In this document: positions 19,095 to 34,450 of the stretch, in pieces | Layout: every line of letters starts with the position of its first letter | Numbering within the stretch: the stretch's first letter is position 1 | Assembly: GCA_963704885.1 (NCBI GenBank) | Contig: CAVPIB010000001.1 | Coordinates: forward strand, 544,001-608,000 | Source: an uncultured Actinomycetes bacterium | Lineage (GTDB): Bacteria > Actinomycetota > UBA4738 > HRBIN12 | Reading direction: 5' to 3' | DNA length: 64,000 nucleotides | The notes under the pieces: model-generated | Seen by the model: the letters and a program-made list of their open reading frames with translations, nothing else | Databases searched by the model: none | What the model was told of the DNA's origin: nothing | Position numbers and translations under genes: made by a program

Positions 19095-21101
19095 CTATCC
19101 GGCGGATGGGGCTTCGTCGGGCAGCGAACGGCGGATGACCTGGGCGATATCCAGCACCTCGGTCGGGTCCCCGCGATCTTTCGCGCCGTCATCGAGCATG
19201 ATCAAGCAGTAGGGGCAGGCCACACCGACGGTGTCCGCGCCGGTCGTGGCGGCCTCGTCCATGCGCTCCACGTTGATGCGCTTGCCGATCGGCTCCTCCA
19301 TCCACATCCGAGCTCCGCCCGCCCCACAGCACATCCCTCGCTCCTTGTGCCGGGGCATCTCCACGGTCGTCAGGCCTGGGACGTGGGCCAGCACGTCGCG
19401 TGGGGCGTCGTACACCTGGTTGTGGCGACCCAGGTAGCACGGGTCGTGGTAGGCGAGGAGTGTCTCGACCTGCTCGGTTGGGCGCAGCCGCCCCTCCGCC
19501 ACCAGCCTGCCCAGAAGCTCGGTGTGGTGGATGACCTCGTAGCTCCCGCCGTACTGCGGGTATTCGTTGCGAAGCGTGTTGAAGCAGTGAGGGCAGTTCG
19601 CGATGACCTTCGTGACTCCGATGCCGTTCATGGTCTCCACGTTCTGCTCCGCGAGCGTCTGGAACAGGAACTCGTTGCCCATGCGCCGGGCTGGATCGCC
19701 GGTGCAGAGCTCGCGCGGCCCGAGGATGGCGAATGGGACACCGGCTCGCTGGAGCAGCTCAGCCACGGCACGCGAGATGTTCCGCGCCCGTTCGTCGAAC
19801 GAGCCGGCACAGCCGACCCAGTAGAGGTACTCAGGCGCGGCGCCGTTCACCAAAGGGACGTCGAGGCCCTGGGCCCAGTCGGCGCGTTGCGATTGGGACA
19901 CGCCCCACGGGTTCGACTGGTTCTCCAGGTTGCGCATCATGGCGCCGGCCTCGGCCGGGAACCGGGACTCGCCCATGACAAGCGCGCGGCGCAGATCGAC
20001 GATCGTGTCGATGTGTTCGATGTCTACCGGGCATTCCGCCATGCAGGCGCCACATGTTGTGCACGACCACACCACGTCGTCGTCCACGATGCCGGGGACG
20101 AGGGCCACCTGGGCCGGGGTCTCACCGGCCGCGATCGCCTCCAGGATCCGAGGCCCTTCTTCGAGCAGGTGGTCCCTCAGATCCATGATCAGGAGCTTGG
20201 GCGAGAGGGGCTTCCCCGTATTCCATGCGGGGCAGGCGCTCTGGCATCGGCCGCACTCGGTGCATGCGTAGAGGTCTAGGAGCTCCTTCTGGGTGAGGTC
20301 GGTGACCGTCTCGGCCCCGAGCGACTGCTCGCCGGCCTCGAGCTTCTCCATGTCGATCCGCAAGGGCTCGAGGGCGCCGCGCGGCCGCGTGCTAGAGAAC
20401 CAGACGTTGAGCGCGCTCGTGATGATGTGCAGATGCTTCGAGTAAGGCAGGTACAGCAGGAACCCGAACACCAACAACAGATGCGCCCAGAGGAAGAACC
20501 ACGACGAGAGCGACTGCCAACCTTCGTTCATCCAGGTGAACAGGTAAGACGCCGCCGTCGATACGGGCGTCCATGCCGTCGGGTAGGCGCTCTCACCGAG
20601 CGCGATCTTCGCGCCGCGCAACAGGAACAGCGTGAGGATGATCCAGGTGATCAGGCCCAGGATCCGCAGCGCATCCAACCCGTGCGATCCCACGAACCGT
20701 TCCGGCCGCTGAACCAAACGGATCCACAGAGCGATCGCGATCCCCACCAGGACCAGCGAGGCGAACACGTCCTGGACCAGCCCGAGCCATCCCGCGTGTC
20801 CGATGAACGGGAGCGCGAAGTCGGGGTCGATCGCCTGGCCCGCCGCTTCGACGATCGTGGTCAGCAGAACCAGGAAGCCCCAGAAGATGAGCGCGTGCAT
20901 CAGCCCCGGGACAGCCCGCTGGAACAGCTTGCGTTGACCGAGCACCTGGCCCGTTTCGCGAGCCAGACGTCTGGGGACATCTCCCGAACGATCGACCGGA
21001 CGCCCGAGCGCGATCAGACGAGTCAGCAGACGCGCGCGCCTGGCGAACAGCCCCAACATGCCAGCGACCAGCAGCCCCAAGATGACGGCTCGAACGACCA
21101 T
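19095..21101 (-). CDS. Membrane-bound Fe-S oxidoreductase (FadF/HdrD-like, CCG domains)
   Basis: N-terminal TM domain, CTECGRC and CTTCGAC ferredoxin motifs, [18 protein letters not shown]. Confidence 0.9.
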   Translation of the reverse strand: MVVRAVILGLLVAGMLGLFARRARLLTRLIALGRPVDRSGDVPRRLARETGQVLGQRKLFQRAVPGLMHALIFWGFLVLLTTIVEAAGQAIDPDFALPFIGHAGWLGLVQDVFASLVLVGIAIALWIRLVQRPERFVGSHGLDALRILGLITWIILTLFLLRGAKIALGESAYPTAWTPVSTAASYLFTWMNEGWQSLSSWFFLWAHLLLVFGFLLYLPYSKHLHIITSALNVWFSSTRPRGALEPLRIDMEKLEAGEQSLGAETVTDLTQKELLDLYACTECGRCQSACPAWNTGKPLSPKLLIMDLRDHLLEEGPRILEAIAAGETPAQVALVPGIVDDDVVWSCTTCGACMAECPVDIEHIDTIVDLRRALVMGESRFPAEAGAMMRNLENQSNPWGVSQSQRADWAQGLDVPLVNGAAPEYLYWVGCAGSFDERARNISRAVAELLQRAGVPFAILGPRELCTGDPARRMGNEFLFQTLAEQNVETMNGIGVTKVIANCPHCFNTLRNEYPQYGGSYEVIHHTELLGRLVAEGRLRPTEQVETLLAYHDPCYLGRHNQVYDAPRDVLAHVPGLTTVEMPRHKERGMCCGAGGARMWMEEPIGKRINVERMDEAATTGADTVGVACPYCLIMLDDGAKDRGDPTEVLDIAQVIRRSLPDEAPSAG

Positions 21102-21168
21102 CGGCGGGAGTGTACCCCGCCCTTCCGATCCTGGCTCCATGGGCGGGAATGCGGAGCCGTATCCAAAG

Positions 21169-21189
21169 GTTGCTAATAAGACACTCAAG
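21169..21189 (+). promoter_or_regulatory. HAIR (HspR operator), imperfect
   Basis: GTTGCTA-N7-ACTCAAG vs CTTGAGT-N7-ACTCAAG, upstream of dnaK in an hspR-containing operon. Confidence 0.6.
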
Positions 21190-21246
21190 CTCTATCCTGC
21201 TAAGAGGCTTAGATATCTGATAGCACGACCCGAAGGAGGATCATCC

Positions 21247-23123
<1,877 letters not shown>

Positions 23124-23124
<1 letters not shown>

Positions 23125-23693
23125 TGACGGACGAGACCCCAATCGATGGCCCGCGTATCAAGATCACGGACAAACGCAGGACGCTCGACGCGACGGAGGA
23201 GACCGAACCCTCGGATGGATCTCTGGAGGACGAGGGTTCAGAGGTCGAACAGGACATCGACGCGGCACGCTCCGAGGCGGCCGAGTACCTGGACCACCTC
23301 CGGCGTCTACAGGCTGAATTCGACAACTACCGCAAGCGCGTGTTGAAAGAACAGACCGATGTGATGGAACGGGCCGCCGCCCCCGTGATGCAGCGTCTGC
23401 TGGAGGTCGTGGACGACTTCGATCTGGCGCTGATGTCGGCCAACGACAAGCCCGACTTCGACCGGTTCCTGCATGGGGTCGAGCTGGTCTACGCGAAGCT
23501 CGCCGACACCCTGAAGGCGGAGGGCCTGGAGCGGATCGAGGCGTTGGGAAAGCCGTTCGATCCGGAGCAGCACGAGGCGTTGATGCAGACCGGCGAGGGC
23601 GACCATCTGGTCGTGGCCGACGTGCTTCGGCCCGGGTACACCCTGCGCGGGCGAGTGATACGTCCCGCCGGCGTCCGCGTGAACAGGGAGTGA
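23124..23693 (+). CDS. grpE: Nucleotide exchange factor GrpE
   Basis: [31 protein letters not shown]. Confidence 0.96.
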
Positions 23694-23700
23694 GGCCACC

Positions 23701-24846
23701 TTGGCAGACGAGGTCCGAAGGGAGTGGTTCGACAAGGACTACTACCAACTCCTCGGCGTGCCCAAGAACGCGAGCGCCGCGGACATCAAGAAGGCGTATC
23801 GCAAGCTAGCTCAGCAGCATCACCCCGACGCCAACCCCGGCAACAAGGAGGCGGAGGATCGCTTCAAGGAGATCTCCGGCGCATATGACGTGTTGGGTGA
23901 CGAGGAGAAGCGCAAGAGCTACGACCGGGTCAGGGACATGGGCGCGGCGGGGTTCGGCGGTCCTGGCGGCGCCGGATCAGGAGCGGGATGGCCCGGCGGG
24001 TTCGGCGGTCCCGGCGGCGTACGGTACGAAACCGCCGACTTCGATCTGGGCGACCTCCTGCGCGGGTTCGGCGGGGGCCGTGGGCGTCAGCGCCAGCAGC
24101 AACCACAGCGTGGTGCGGACCTGGAGACCGAGGTCGAGGTGTCGTTCGACGACGCCATGACCGGGACCACGGTGCCCGTGAAGTTCGTCGGGCCGGCGGT
24201 CTGCCAAAGATGCCATGGAACCGGCGCCGAGCCAGGCACCAGTCCGCTCGCGTGCCCCACGTGCGGAGGCAGGGGATCCGTCGACGTGAACCAGGGCTTC
24301 TTCTCTATGGAGCAACCCTGCCCCGAGTGTCGCGGCGCGGGTCGGATCATCGAGCACCGGTGCTCCACTTGCCGTGGATCGGGGACCGAGCGGAGGACCC
24401 GGCGGTTCCAGGTGAAGATCCATGCTGGCGTCCGGGAAGGCGCGCGGATCAGGCTCGTCGGCCGCGGAGAGCCGGGACCCGCCGGTGGGCATGCGGGCGA
24501 CCTGTTCGTCAAGGTCCACGTCGGTGCCCACGCGCTGTTCGGACGCAAGGGTGACAACCTGACCTTGGAGCTCCCGGTCTCCTACCCCGAGGCAGCGCTT
24601 GGCGCCAACGTCGAGGTGCCGACGTTGAACGGACCGGTGACCCTGAAGGTGCCTTCCGGAACGCCCAACGGAAAGACGTTCCGCGTACGCGGTAAGGGCG
24701 CCCCCAAGAAGGGTGGCCACGGTGATCTCCTGGTCACCGTGAGCGTGGATGTTCCCGGGAGGCTCTCCCGTGACGAGAAGCAACTGCTGAAGCAGCTTCA
24801 GGAGGCACAGAAGGAATCCCCGCGGAAGCGACTGGGGGTCGCGTGA
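23701..24846 (+). CDS. dnaJ: Chaperone DnaJ
   Basis: HPD J-domain, G/F-rich linker, four CxxCxGxG repeats. Confidence 0.97.
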   Translation: MADEVRREWFDKDYYQLLGVPKNASAADIKKAYRKLAQQHHPDANPGNKEAEDRFKEISGAYDVLGDEEKRKSYDRVRDMGAAGFGGPGGAGSGAGWPGGFGGPGGVRYETADFDLGDLLRGFGGGRGRQRQQQPQRGADLETEVEVSFDDAMTGTTVPVKFVGPAVCQRCHGTGAEPGTSPLACPTCGGRGSVDVNQGFFSMEQPCPECRGAGRIIEHRCSTCRGSGTERRTRRFQVKIHAGVREGARIRLVGRGEPGPAGGHAGDLFVKVHVGAHALFGRKGDNLTLELPVSYPEAALGANVEVPTLNGPVTLKVPSGTPNGKTFRVRGKGAPKKGGHGDLLVTVSVDVPGRLSRDEKQLLKQLQEAQKESPRKRLGVA

Positions 24847-25253
24847 TGGCGGAACGAACGCAACGACAAGGCAACACCGACGATCGCGCCGTCTACATCA
24901 TCAGCGTCGCGGCTGAGCTCGCAGGTGTTCACCCGCAGACGCTCCGGATCTACGAACGCAAGGGGCTGCTACGGCCGAAGCGAACCCAGGGCAATACCCG
25001 GCGGTACTCAGATGCCGACGTCGAGGTGCTGCGCGCCATCCAATCGCTCACACAGGAAGAAGGGGTCAACCTGGCCGGCGTGAAGCGGATCATGGAGCTG
25101 CGGGCGCAGATGGACGAGATGCGACGCCGCGTCGAGGAACTACAGGAACAGCTGTCGCACCGGCGCGCCATCGCCATGCCGGGCCGTCGCGCGGGAGAGC
25201 AGATGGTCCCGTTCCGCACCGTCGTGCGGTTCCCATGGGAGAAGCGCGCATGA
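24846..25253 (+). CDS. hspR: MerR-family heat-shock repressor HspR
   Basis: VYIISVAAELAGVHPQTLRIYER, GVNLAGVKRI; follows dnaJ. Confidence 0.93.
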   Translation: MAERTQRQGNTDDRAVYIISVAAELAGVHPQTLRIYERKGLLRPKRTQGNTRRYSDADVEVLRAIQSLTQEEGVNLAGVKRIMELRAQMDEMRRRVEELQEQLSHRRAIAMPGRRAGEQMVPFRTVVRFPWEKRA

Positions 25254-25777
25254 CAGAGGTGCAGCTGGTCCCGCTTCGGGGCGTCGACTTCGACGCCTTG
25301 GCCGACGTGCGCGCGCGAGAGGCGCGCGAGATGGGGTTCCCCGACGCGTTCGGGCCCGCAGAACGTGAGGAACTCCACGAGCGGATCGAACGCTCGGGGG
25401 AGTTCGACGGAACGGAGCTCCTTCTAGGCGTCCACGTAGGAGGGAAGCTCGTCGGGGAGGTGCAGGCGCGTCAGCCGCGGATGGGCCTGCCGCCGGGCGT
25501 GTTCGAGATCGGGATCGACGTGTTCGACCCCGCCCAACGCGGGGAAGGGATCGGCACGCAGGCGCTCCGGCTGCTGTTGTCGCGACTGTTCGAGCGCGAG
25601 GGCGCGCACCGGGTCCAAGCGACCACCGATGTCGACAACGCGGGTATGCGCGCGCTCAGCGAGCGGTGCGGTCTCGGATTCGAGGGCGTGTTGCGCGGCT
25701 TCATGCCGTCGACCGACGGCCCCAAGGACTACGCCATGCACGCGATCACCCGCGATGATTGGGAGGCCGGTCGATGA
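25250..25777 (+). CDS. RimJ/RimL-like GNAT acetyltransferase 1
   Basis: QRGEGIGT acetyl-CoA motif, NAGMRALSERCGLGFEG; ATGA overlap with hspR. Confidence 0.85.
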   Translation: MTEVQLVPLRGVDFDALADVRAREAREMGFPDAFGPAEREELHERIERSGEFDGTELLLGVHVGGKLVGEVQARQPRMGLPPGVFEIGIDVFDPAQRGEGIGTQALRLLLSRLFEREGAHRVQATTDVDNAGMRALSERCGLGFEGVLRGFMPSTDGPKDYAMHAITRDDWEAGR

Positions 25778-26279
25778 CCCTGCGACCGTTCGATCCGACC
25801 GAGTTCGATGTGTTGTGGCGCGCCGTCACGGGAGCTGACCCTACGGTAGCCGTGGGCAAGAGCGACCCCGATGTGCTCCGTGCGCGCGTGGCGACCTCGG
25901 GCCAGCTGACCGAGCGTGAGCTGTTGCTTGCGGTCGAGGCTGACAGACGGCTGATCGGTTCCATCCAGGGGTATCGCGACTCGCTGCCCGACGGGGTCTT
26001 CGGACTCGGCATCGAGCTGTTCGACGAGCGCGATCGTGGCAAGGGTCACGGCACCGCAGCGGTGAGGGAGCTGGTCGCTCGTCTGTTCGAGCTCGAGGGC
26101 GCGAGGCGGATCGAGGCGGGAACGGCTGAGGACAACGTCGTCATGCGGGCGTTGTTGGAGCGCCTGGGTTTCCGACAGGAGGGGATCCTGCGGCGCTGGT
26201 ACCCCTCGGAGGACGGCCGTGGCGTCGACTGCGTGATGCATGGGATGACGAAGGACGACTACGAGGACGTGAAGACCAG

Positions 26280-26289
<10 letters not shown>
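25774..26289 (+). CDS. RimJ/RimL-like GNAT acetyltransferase 2
   Basis: [25 protein letters not shown]; ATGA overlap with GNAT1, overlaps clpB start. Confidence 0.85.
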
Positions 26290-28865
<2,576 letters not shown>

Positions 28866-28916
28866 CGAGCCCGTTCCCAGCTTGATTCGGGCGGCGAGCA
28901 TCCGATACTCACCAAC

Positions 28917-29723
28917 ATGGAGGTTTCACCAGCGCTGCTCTTCGTGGGGATCATCGCGATCGCGATCGGCGTCGCGGTCTACTCCCTCCACGCTAGGAAG
29001 AAGCGACAGGAAGGCTTCGCGCTGGTGGCGAAGCAGCTCGGCCTCGAGTACTGGCACACGGATCCGTTCGGTCTGCTCTCTGAGCCGTTCGTGCTCTTCG
29101 GCAAGGGCGACGGACAGGGCATCGAGAACGTGCTCGCGGGTCCGTATCAAGGCATCGACGCGAAGGCTTTCGACTTCTGGTACTTCGAGGAGTCGACCAA
29201 CTCGAACGGCCACAGGACCAAGACCTACTACCGGTTCGACTGCGTCATCTTGCCGATCGACGCCGCGTGCTCGCCCATGACGATCGACAACGAGAACCTC
29301 CTGACCCGCCTGGCCGACGCGCTCAGCTTCCACGACATCGAGTTCGAGTCCGAGGGATTCAACAAGGCGTTCAACGTGAAGTCGGATGACAAGAGGTTCG
29401 CAAACGACTTCGTGGATGCGCGCATGATGGCCTGGCTGCTGCAGTACGGGGCGGGCACTTCGTTCGAGACCATGGGAGACAGACTGATGTGCTTCCAGCG
29501 CAAGCTCGCACCGATGGAGATCGTGACGCTGCTCGGACTGTCCAAGTCGTTCCTGGACCGTGTTCCGCGCGTCGTGTACTCGCTCTACTCACGTCCCACG
29601 CCGCTTCCGCCTACTCCGAAAGGCGATCTGGCGGCGAAGAACGAAGCCAAGTGGCTATCGGGCCACTACACGCCGGACGGGTCCGGGAGCCAACCTGTGG
29701 TTCCACCTGAGGGCTCGGGATAA
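28917..29723 (+). CDS. Membrane-anchored protein (DUF3137-like) paired with LemA
   Basis: N-terminal TM, DIEFESEGFNKAFNV motif, upstream of lemA. Confidence 0.6.
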   Translation: MEVSPALLFVGIIAIAIGVAVYSLHARKKRQEGFALVAKQLGLEYWHTDPFGLLSEPFVLFGKGDGQGIENVLAGPYQGIDAKAFDFWYFEESTNSNGHRTKTYYRFDCVILPIDAACSPMTIDNENLLTRLADALSFHDIEFESEGFNKAFNVKSDDKRFANDFVDARMMAWLLQYGAGTSFETMGDRLMCFQRKLAPMEIVTLLGLSKSFLDRVPRVVYSLYSRPTPLPPTPKGDLAAKNEAKWLSGHYTPDGSGSQPVVPPEGSG

Positions 29724-29756
29724 GCTGGCCGGACAACTTTCGAAAGGAACGGTGCC

Positions 29757-30431
29757 GTGACCTTCGTTTGGATCCTCCTCGGCGTGATAGTTCTGGTGGC
29801 GATCGTCGGCGTCATCTCATACAACCGGTTCGTCTCCCAGAAGAACCTGATCAAGGACGCATGGGCGAACATCGACACCGAGCTCCGTCGGCGGTACGAC
29901 CTGATCCCGAACCTGGTGGAGACGGTCAAGGGCTACGCGACACACGAGCGTGAGGTCTTCGAGGAGGTAACGCGCGCGCGCGCTTCGGCCGCCGGTGCGA
30001 CCGGCTCCCCCGCGGCGCAGGCCGCGGCCGAGGGCCCGTTCATGGCCGCCCTCGGCAAGCTCTTCGCCGTGGCCGAGGCCTACCCGGACCTGAAGGCCAA
30101 CGAGAACTTCCTTGCGTTGCAGAGCGAGCTGTCCAACACCGAGGATCGGCTGCAGACCTCGCGGCGCTTCTACAACGCGAACGTCCGCGAGTACAACGTC
30201 CGCGTGCAGGCATTCCCGTCCTCGATCATCGCCGGCATGTTCCACTTCGAGCTGGCCGAGTTCTTCGAGATCCCGGAGTCGATCCGCGAGGCCGGGCCGC
30301 CCCAGGTGAGCTTCGCAGCGGGCTCGGAGGCTCCGACCGCGCCTGCTCCGCCAACCGCTCCCACCGTTCCCGCGACCCCGCCTGCCGCCGAGAAGCCGCC
30401 TCCGGCCCCGCCGACGCCGCCCAACAGCTAG
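29757..30431 (+). CDS. lemA: LemA family protein
   Basis: AWANIDTELRRRYDLIPNLVETVKGY, AEAYPDLKAN, RRFYN; Pro-rich tail. Confidence 0.93.
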   Translation: MTFVWILLGVIVLVAIVGVISYNRFVSQKNLIKDAWANIDTELRRRYDLIPNLVETVKGYATHEREVFEEVTRARASAAGATGSPAAQAAAEGPFMAALGKLFAVAEAYPDLKANENFLALQSELSNTEDRLQTSRRFYNANVREYNVRVQAFPSSIIAGMFHFELAEFFEIPESIREAGPPQVSFAAGSEAPTAPAPPTAPTVPATPPAAEKPPPAPPTPPNS

Positions 30432-30437
30432 CGGGCC

Positions 30438-31766
30438 TCAGTCGGCCAACACTGGGGCTTCGCCCAGCGCGTAGGCGTCCTCGGGCGGGCCGCCGCAGCC
30501 GTCCATGAGCGTCGCGCGGCGCACGTCGCTGGTCAGCCACATCCAGGCCGCCGCCCACACCACGGCGACCCCTCCCATCACCATGGCCGTGATCTGTGCA
30601 CCGAAGACCTCTGAGAGCCAACCGGTCAACAGGGCAGAGGCGCCGAACGTGAGCGTCACGAGCATCCCGTCGAATGCGAAGATGCGGCCACGGATGTGGT
30701 CGGGCACGATCTTCTGTAACCCGTACGACGAGAGCATCCATTGAGCGCCTCCGCCGATGTGGGCGACCATGACCGTCGGCAGCGCCAACAGCAGCCCAGG
30801 CGTGATCCCCAGGGCCATGTAGCCCAAGCCGAAGATCGCCAGTGCTACGCCGATCGTCAGGAACAGCCGCCGATCCTCAGCGCCGAGGGAGGCTCTGCCC
30901 ACGAAAGGCCCGATGATCGCGCCGATGCCGCGCGCCGCTAGCAGCAATCCGATGCCAACCTCACCGGCATCGAACTTGCCCTTCGCCAGGAGCGGCACCA
31001 AGACGAGGACTCCGCCCGCCAGGCCCCAGCCGAACTTGACGGCCAGCAGTGCCATGACGCGGTGGTCACGCCGCGCGTATCGGATCGTCTGGGTAGCCGC
31101 TTCGCGGAGTCGGGTCGGCGGCCGTGTGTCCCGCGTCTCTTGGAACGACCGCCGGATCCGCAGGAGGAGCGCGGCGGATGCCACGAACGATATCGCGTCG
31201 ATCGCGATCGCCGCGTCGCTTCCCAAGAGCGCGGTGACCACGCCTCCGAGGCCCGCGCCCACCGCGAGCATGGTTCCCCAGAGCGATCCGGAGAGCGCGT
31301 TCGCGGTTGCCAGGTCCTCCGCCTCGACCAGGTTGGGGAGCGCGGCCGCCGAAGCCGGCTCGAACGCAGCGCTGAAACAGGCCATCGCGGCGAGGAGTGG
31401 GTACACGATCCACCAGGTGCTGTCCGTCTGCGTGAACAAGAACCCCACGCAGAGCACCGCCCGGCCGATGTCGGCCACTACCATCACACGCTTGCGATCC
31501 AGCCGGTCCGCCAAGATCCCCATCAACGGCGATACGACGAAGTAGGTCAGGTCTTGAGCGGCCAGGAGGAACGCCACGGCCAGCGCGGACCCGGAGATAT
31601 CCAGCACCAATCCGAACAGGGCGACCAGGAGGAACCAGTCGCCGCCGAGCGAGATCAGGCTCGAGAGGTAGGCGCGGCGGAAATCCTCGTTGCGCCGAAG
31701 GAGCGAGAGGCTCGCTCGGAAGCTGCCCTCTCGGGCTTCGGGCTCAAGGGATCCACGTTCGGCCAC
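30438..31766 (-). CDS. MFS transporter (macrolide-efflux/H+ antiporter-like)
   Basis: GILADRLDRKRVM motif A, about 12 TM, RGRIFA; start GTG 31766 inferred. Confidence 0.85.
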   Translation of the reverse strand: MAERGSLEPEAREGSFRASLSLLRRNEDFRRAYLSSLISLGGDWFLLVALFGLVLDISGSALAVAFLLAAQDLTYFVVSPLMGILADRLDRKRVMVVADIGRAVLCVGFLFTQTDSTWWIVYPLLAAMACFSAAFEPASAAALPNLVEAEDLATANALSGSLWGTMLAVGAGLGGVVTALLGSDAAIAIDAISFVASAALLLRIRRSFQETRDTRPPTRLREAATQTIRYARRDHRVMALLAVKFGWGLAGGVLVLVPLLAKGKFDAGEVGIGLLLAARGIGAIIGPFVGRASLGAEDRRLFLTIGVALAIFGLGYMALGITPGLLLALPTVMVAHIGGGAQWMLSSYGLQKIVPDHIRGRIFAFDGMLVTLTFGASALLTGWLSEVFGAQITAMVMGGVAVVWAAAWMWLTSDVRRATLMDGCGGPPEDAYALGEAPVLAD

Positions 31767-31806
31767 AGGATTTGCCAGACTACCGGGGACGATCGAGGGA
31801 GGCCGG

Positions 31807-32447
31807 ATGCTCGAGCGCTTCACCTGGTTCCGCCAAGCCGCGTTCCGATACGCCGACGACGAGCGGACGTCTACATCGATCCCTGGGGAACGGGTGAGGG
31901 TGACCCACCCGCCGATCTGATCCTGATCACGCATGCGCACTTCGATCACTTCCAGCCGGAGGAGATCGCGCGCCTGTCCAACGCCGGCACGAAGGTAGTG
32001 GCCCCCCACGATGTGGCGGCAGAGCTCTCGGGCGACGTCACACCGGTCGCGCCGGGCGAGTCACACGACGTCGCCGGGATCCGGTTCACCACGGTGCCCG
32101 CGTACAACACGGCCGAGGAACGTCTCCAGATGCATCCGAAAGCGAACCGCTGGGTCGGCTACGTCCTCGAGCTGAGTGGGTCGAGCTACTACCACGCCGG
32201 CGACACGGATCATGCGCCCGAGCTCGACGAGGTCAAGACCGACGTCGCGTTCCTGCCGATCGGCGGGACCTACACGATGGACGTGCCCGAGGCGGCCGGT
32301 CTGGCTCGCTCTATCGCGCCGAGGGTCGCGGTGCCGATGCACTTCGGCTTCGTGGTGGGTTCAGCGAGCGACGGCGAGCGCTTCCGTGCCGCAGCCGCGC
32401 CGATCCCGGTCGAGATCCTCACGCCGAAGGATCCGTTCGAGCTGTAG
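31807..32447 (+). CDS. MBL-fold metallo-hydrolase; 1-nt frameshift near 31868
   Basis: MLERFTWFRQAAFRY joined to VYIDPW..ITHAHFDH, YHAGDT, LPIGGTYTM, VPMHF. Confidence 0.8.
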
Positions 32448-32534
32448 TGATCACCGCGAACGTGGGTGGCCGCCTAGGAGGGGAGCGGGGGTCGGAAGCG
32501 GCTAGCATCAGAGAACGACGCGAGGGGAGAAGAC

Positions 32535-33452
32535 ATGCTGGGGCTCGGCTACGACGGAGACCTCTTCATCCTGGCGTTCGACCACCGGGGATCGTTCGTC
32601 AAGAAGTTCTTCGGGATCGAAGGAACGCCCACGCCCGAGGAGACTCGACGTATCGCCGACGCCAAGACCGTCATCTTCGAGGGCTTCCTAAGGTCGGTGG
32701 AGCGTCTCGGCGTCCTGAAGATGAGCGCGGGCGTCCTGGTAGACGAGCAGTTCGGCGCCGCGATCGCCCAACGAGCCCGACAGCAGGAGTTCATCCTGGC
32801 GATGCCCGCGGAGAAGTCCGGCCAAGACGAGTTCGACTTCGAGTACGGGGAGGAGTTCGGAGAGCACATCCAGTTCAACGAGCCTACGTTCACGAAGGTC
32901 CTGGTCCGGTTCAACCCCGAGGGCGACGGTGCGTTGAACGCCCGGCAGGCTGCCAAGCTCAAGACCCTCTCCGAGTGGCTCCACCACTCTGAACGCAAGT
33001 TCCTCTTCGAGCTGCTGGTCCCTGCGGAGCCGCATCAGCTGGAAACGGTCGAGGGGGATGTCGGACGGTTCGACACCGAGCTCCGCCCGCACCTGATGCG
33101 ATTGGCCATCGCGCAGCTGCAGGCGTCGGGGATCGAGCCCGACATATGGAAGATCGAGGGCATCGACTCGCGCGAGGATTGCGAGGCCATAGCGCAACAA
33201 TGTCGGATCGCGGGGCGCGACCACGTGGCGTGCGTGGTCCTCGGCCGGGGCGCGGACGCCGACGCGGTAGATAACTGGCTCCGTACGGCTAGCGGGGTGC
33301 CGGGATATCAGGGGTTCGCGATCGGGCGTTCGATCTGGTGGGATCCGCTGAAGACGTTCGTCGACGGCTCGATGGCGCGAGAGGCAACGCTGGTCCAGAT
33401 CGCGGAGAACTACGCGCGGTTCGTGCAGGTCTACACGGGTGAGACGAGCTGA
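32535..33452 (+). CDS. DUF2090 / 5-keto-2-deoxygluconate-6-P aldolase-like TIM-barrel protein
   Basis: ILAFDHRGS, PDIWKIEG, VLGRGAD, GFAIGRSIW. Confidence 0.75.
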   Translation: MLGLGYDGDLFILAFDHRGSFVKKFFGIEGTPTPEETRRIADAKTVIFEGFLRSVERLGVLKMSAGVLVDEQFGAAIAQRARQQEFILAMPAEKSGQDEFDFEYGEEFGEHIQFNEPTFTKVLVRFNPEGDGALNARQAAKLKTLSEWLHHSERKFLFELLVPAEPHQLETVEGDVGRFDTELRPHLMRLAIAQLQASGIEPDIWKIEGIDSREDCEAIAQQCRIAGRDHVACVVLGRGADADAVDNWLRTASGVPGYQGFAIGRSIWWDPLKTFVDGSMAREATLVQIAENYARFVQVYTGETS

Positions 33453-33463
33453 GGAGGCGAGGG

Positions 33464-33667
33464 ATGGGAGTCATCAAGACGATCGACCTGGTGGGCGTGT
33501 CGAGCGAATCTTGGCGTGACGCGGCGCAACAGGCGCTGGCCGAGGCGGCCAAGACGATCCGCGGCATCGACGGCATGGACATCCTCGAGACGAGCGCCGT
33601 CGTGGCGGACAATCAGATCAGCGAGTACCACACGCACGTCCAGATCCGGTTCAGGATCGAGCGATAG
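33464..33667 (+). CDS. Dodecin (flavin-binding)
   Basis: KTIDLVGVSSESWRDAAQQALAEAAKTIRGI; 67 aa. Confidence 0.88.
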   Translation: MGVIKTIDLVGVSSESWRDAAQQALAEAAKTIRGIDGMDILETSAVVADNQISEYHTHVQIRFRIER

Positions 33668-33679
33668 CCGCGCTGCGGG

Positions 33680-34450
33680 TCAGCCGCCGATCAGCAGGCC
33701 CCTCCTTGCCCTGATCCGGCGATCGAGCCGGACGAAGACCAGGTACTCCACCATCACGCCGATCACCACGATCACGGCGACGGTCGCGACCAGCGTCGGG
33801 GCATCGTTCTGAGAACGCGCGAGCAGCTGTCCCAGCCCGGTCGCATCGATGACCGCCGTGATCAACTCGCCCGCCATGAGTGCCTTCCACGCGAAGCCCC
33901 AGGCCTGCTGAAGTCCGCCGACGTATCCGGGCAGCGCCGCCGGGAAGATCACGCCCCGGTAGAGCTGCCAACCTTCAGCCCCCAACGTCCGCCCGGCGCG
34001 CTTCAGCACCGGCGGCACCTGTCCGAAACTCGAGATCGTGGCGAGCGTGACCGAGGGGAAGGCGCCGACGATAGCCACGAAGACCACGGCTCGTTCGGTG
34101 AGCCCGAACCACACCACCGCGAGGGGGAGCCAGGCGATGAAGGGCGTTATCTGCAAGGCGACCACGAGTGGCCGGATAGACCTGCGCGCGAACTCGTTCA
34201 GTGCCAGGCTGAACCCGAGCGCCGTCCCGATCACGATCGACACCACGAACGAGAACATCAACCGGACCAGCGTCTTCACGACGGCATCCGGGATGGTGCC
34301 GTCCGAGATCCCACTCTTCAACGCGCTCCATACCGCGGCGGGCGAGGGCACCGTCTGCGGCGATGCGAACGCCGCCACGATCGACCAGACCACCAGCAGT
34401 CCGATCACGCCGGCGAGTGGCGGCCCGACCTCGCGCGCGACCCGCCTCAC
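33680..34450 (-). CDS. Nitrate/sulfonate/taurine-type ABC permease
   Basis: EAA-like loop RAGRTLGA, IFPAALP, WKALMAGEL; GTG at 34450 overlaps ATPase stop. Confidence 0.88.
   Translation of the reverse strand: MRRVAREVGPPLAGVIGLLVVWSIVAAFASPQTVPSPAAVWSALKSGISDGTIPDAVVKTLVRLMFSFVVSIVIGTALGFSLALNEFARRSIRPLVVALQITPFIAWLPLAVVWFGLTERAVVFVAIVGAFPSVTLATISSFGQVPPVLKRAGRTLGAEGWQLYRGVIFPAALPGYVGGLQQAWGFAWKALMAGELITAVIDATGLGQLLARSQNDAPTLVATVAVIVVIGVMVEYLVFVRLDRRIRARRGLLIGG

Noticed and set aside
30320-30428. Repetitive CCGACCGC-type sequence at the lemA 3' end
   Set aside because: It encodes a low-complexity Pro/Ala/Thr tail and is not a DNA repeat element
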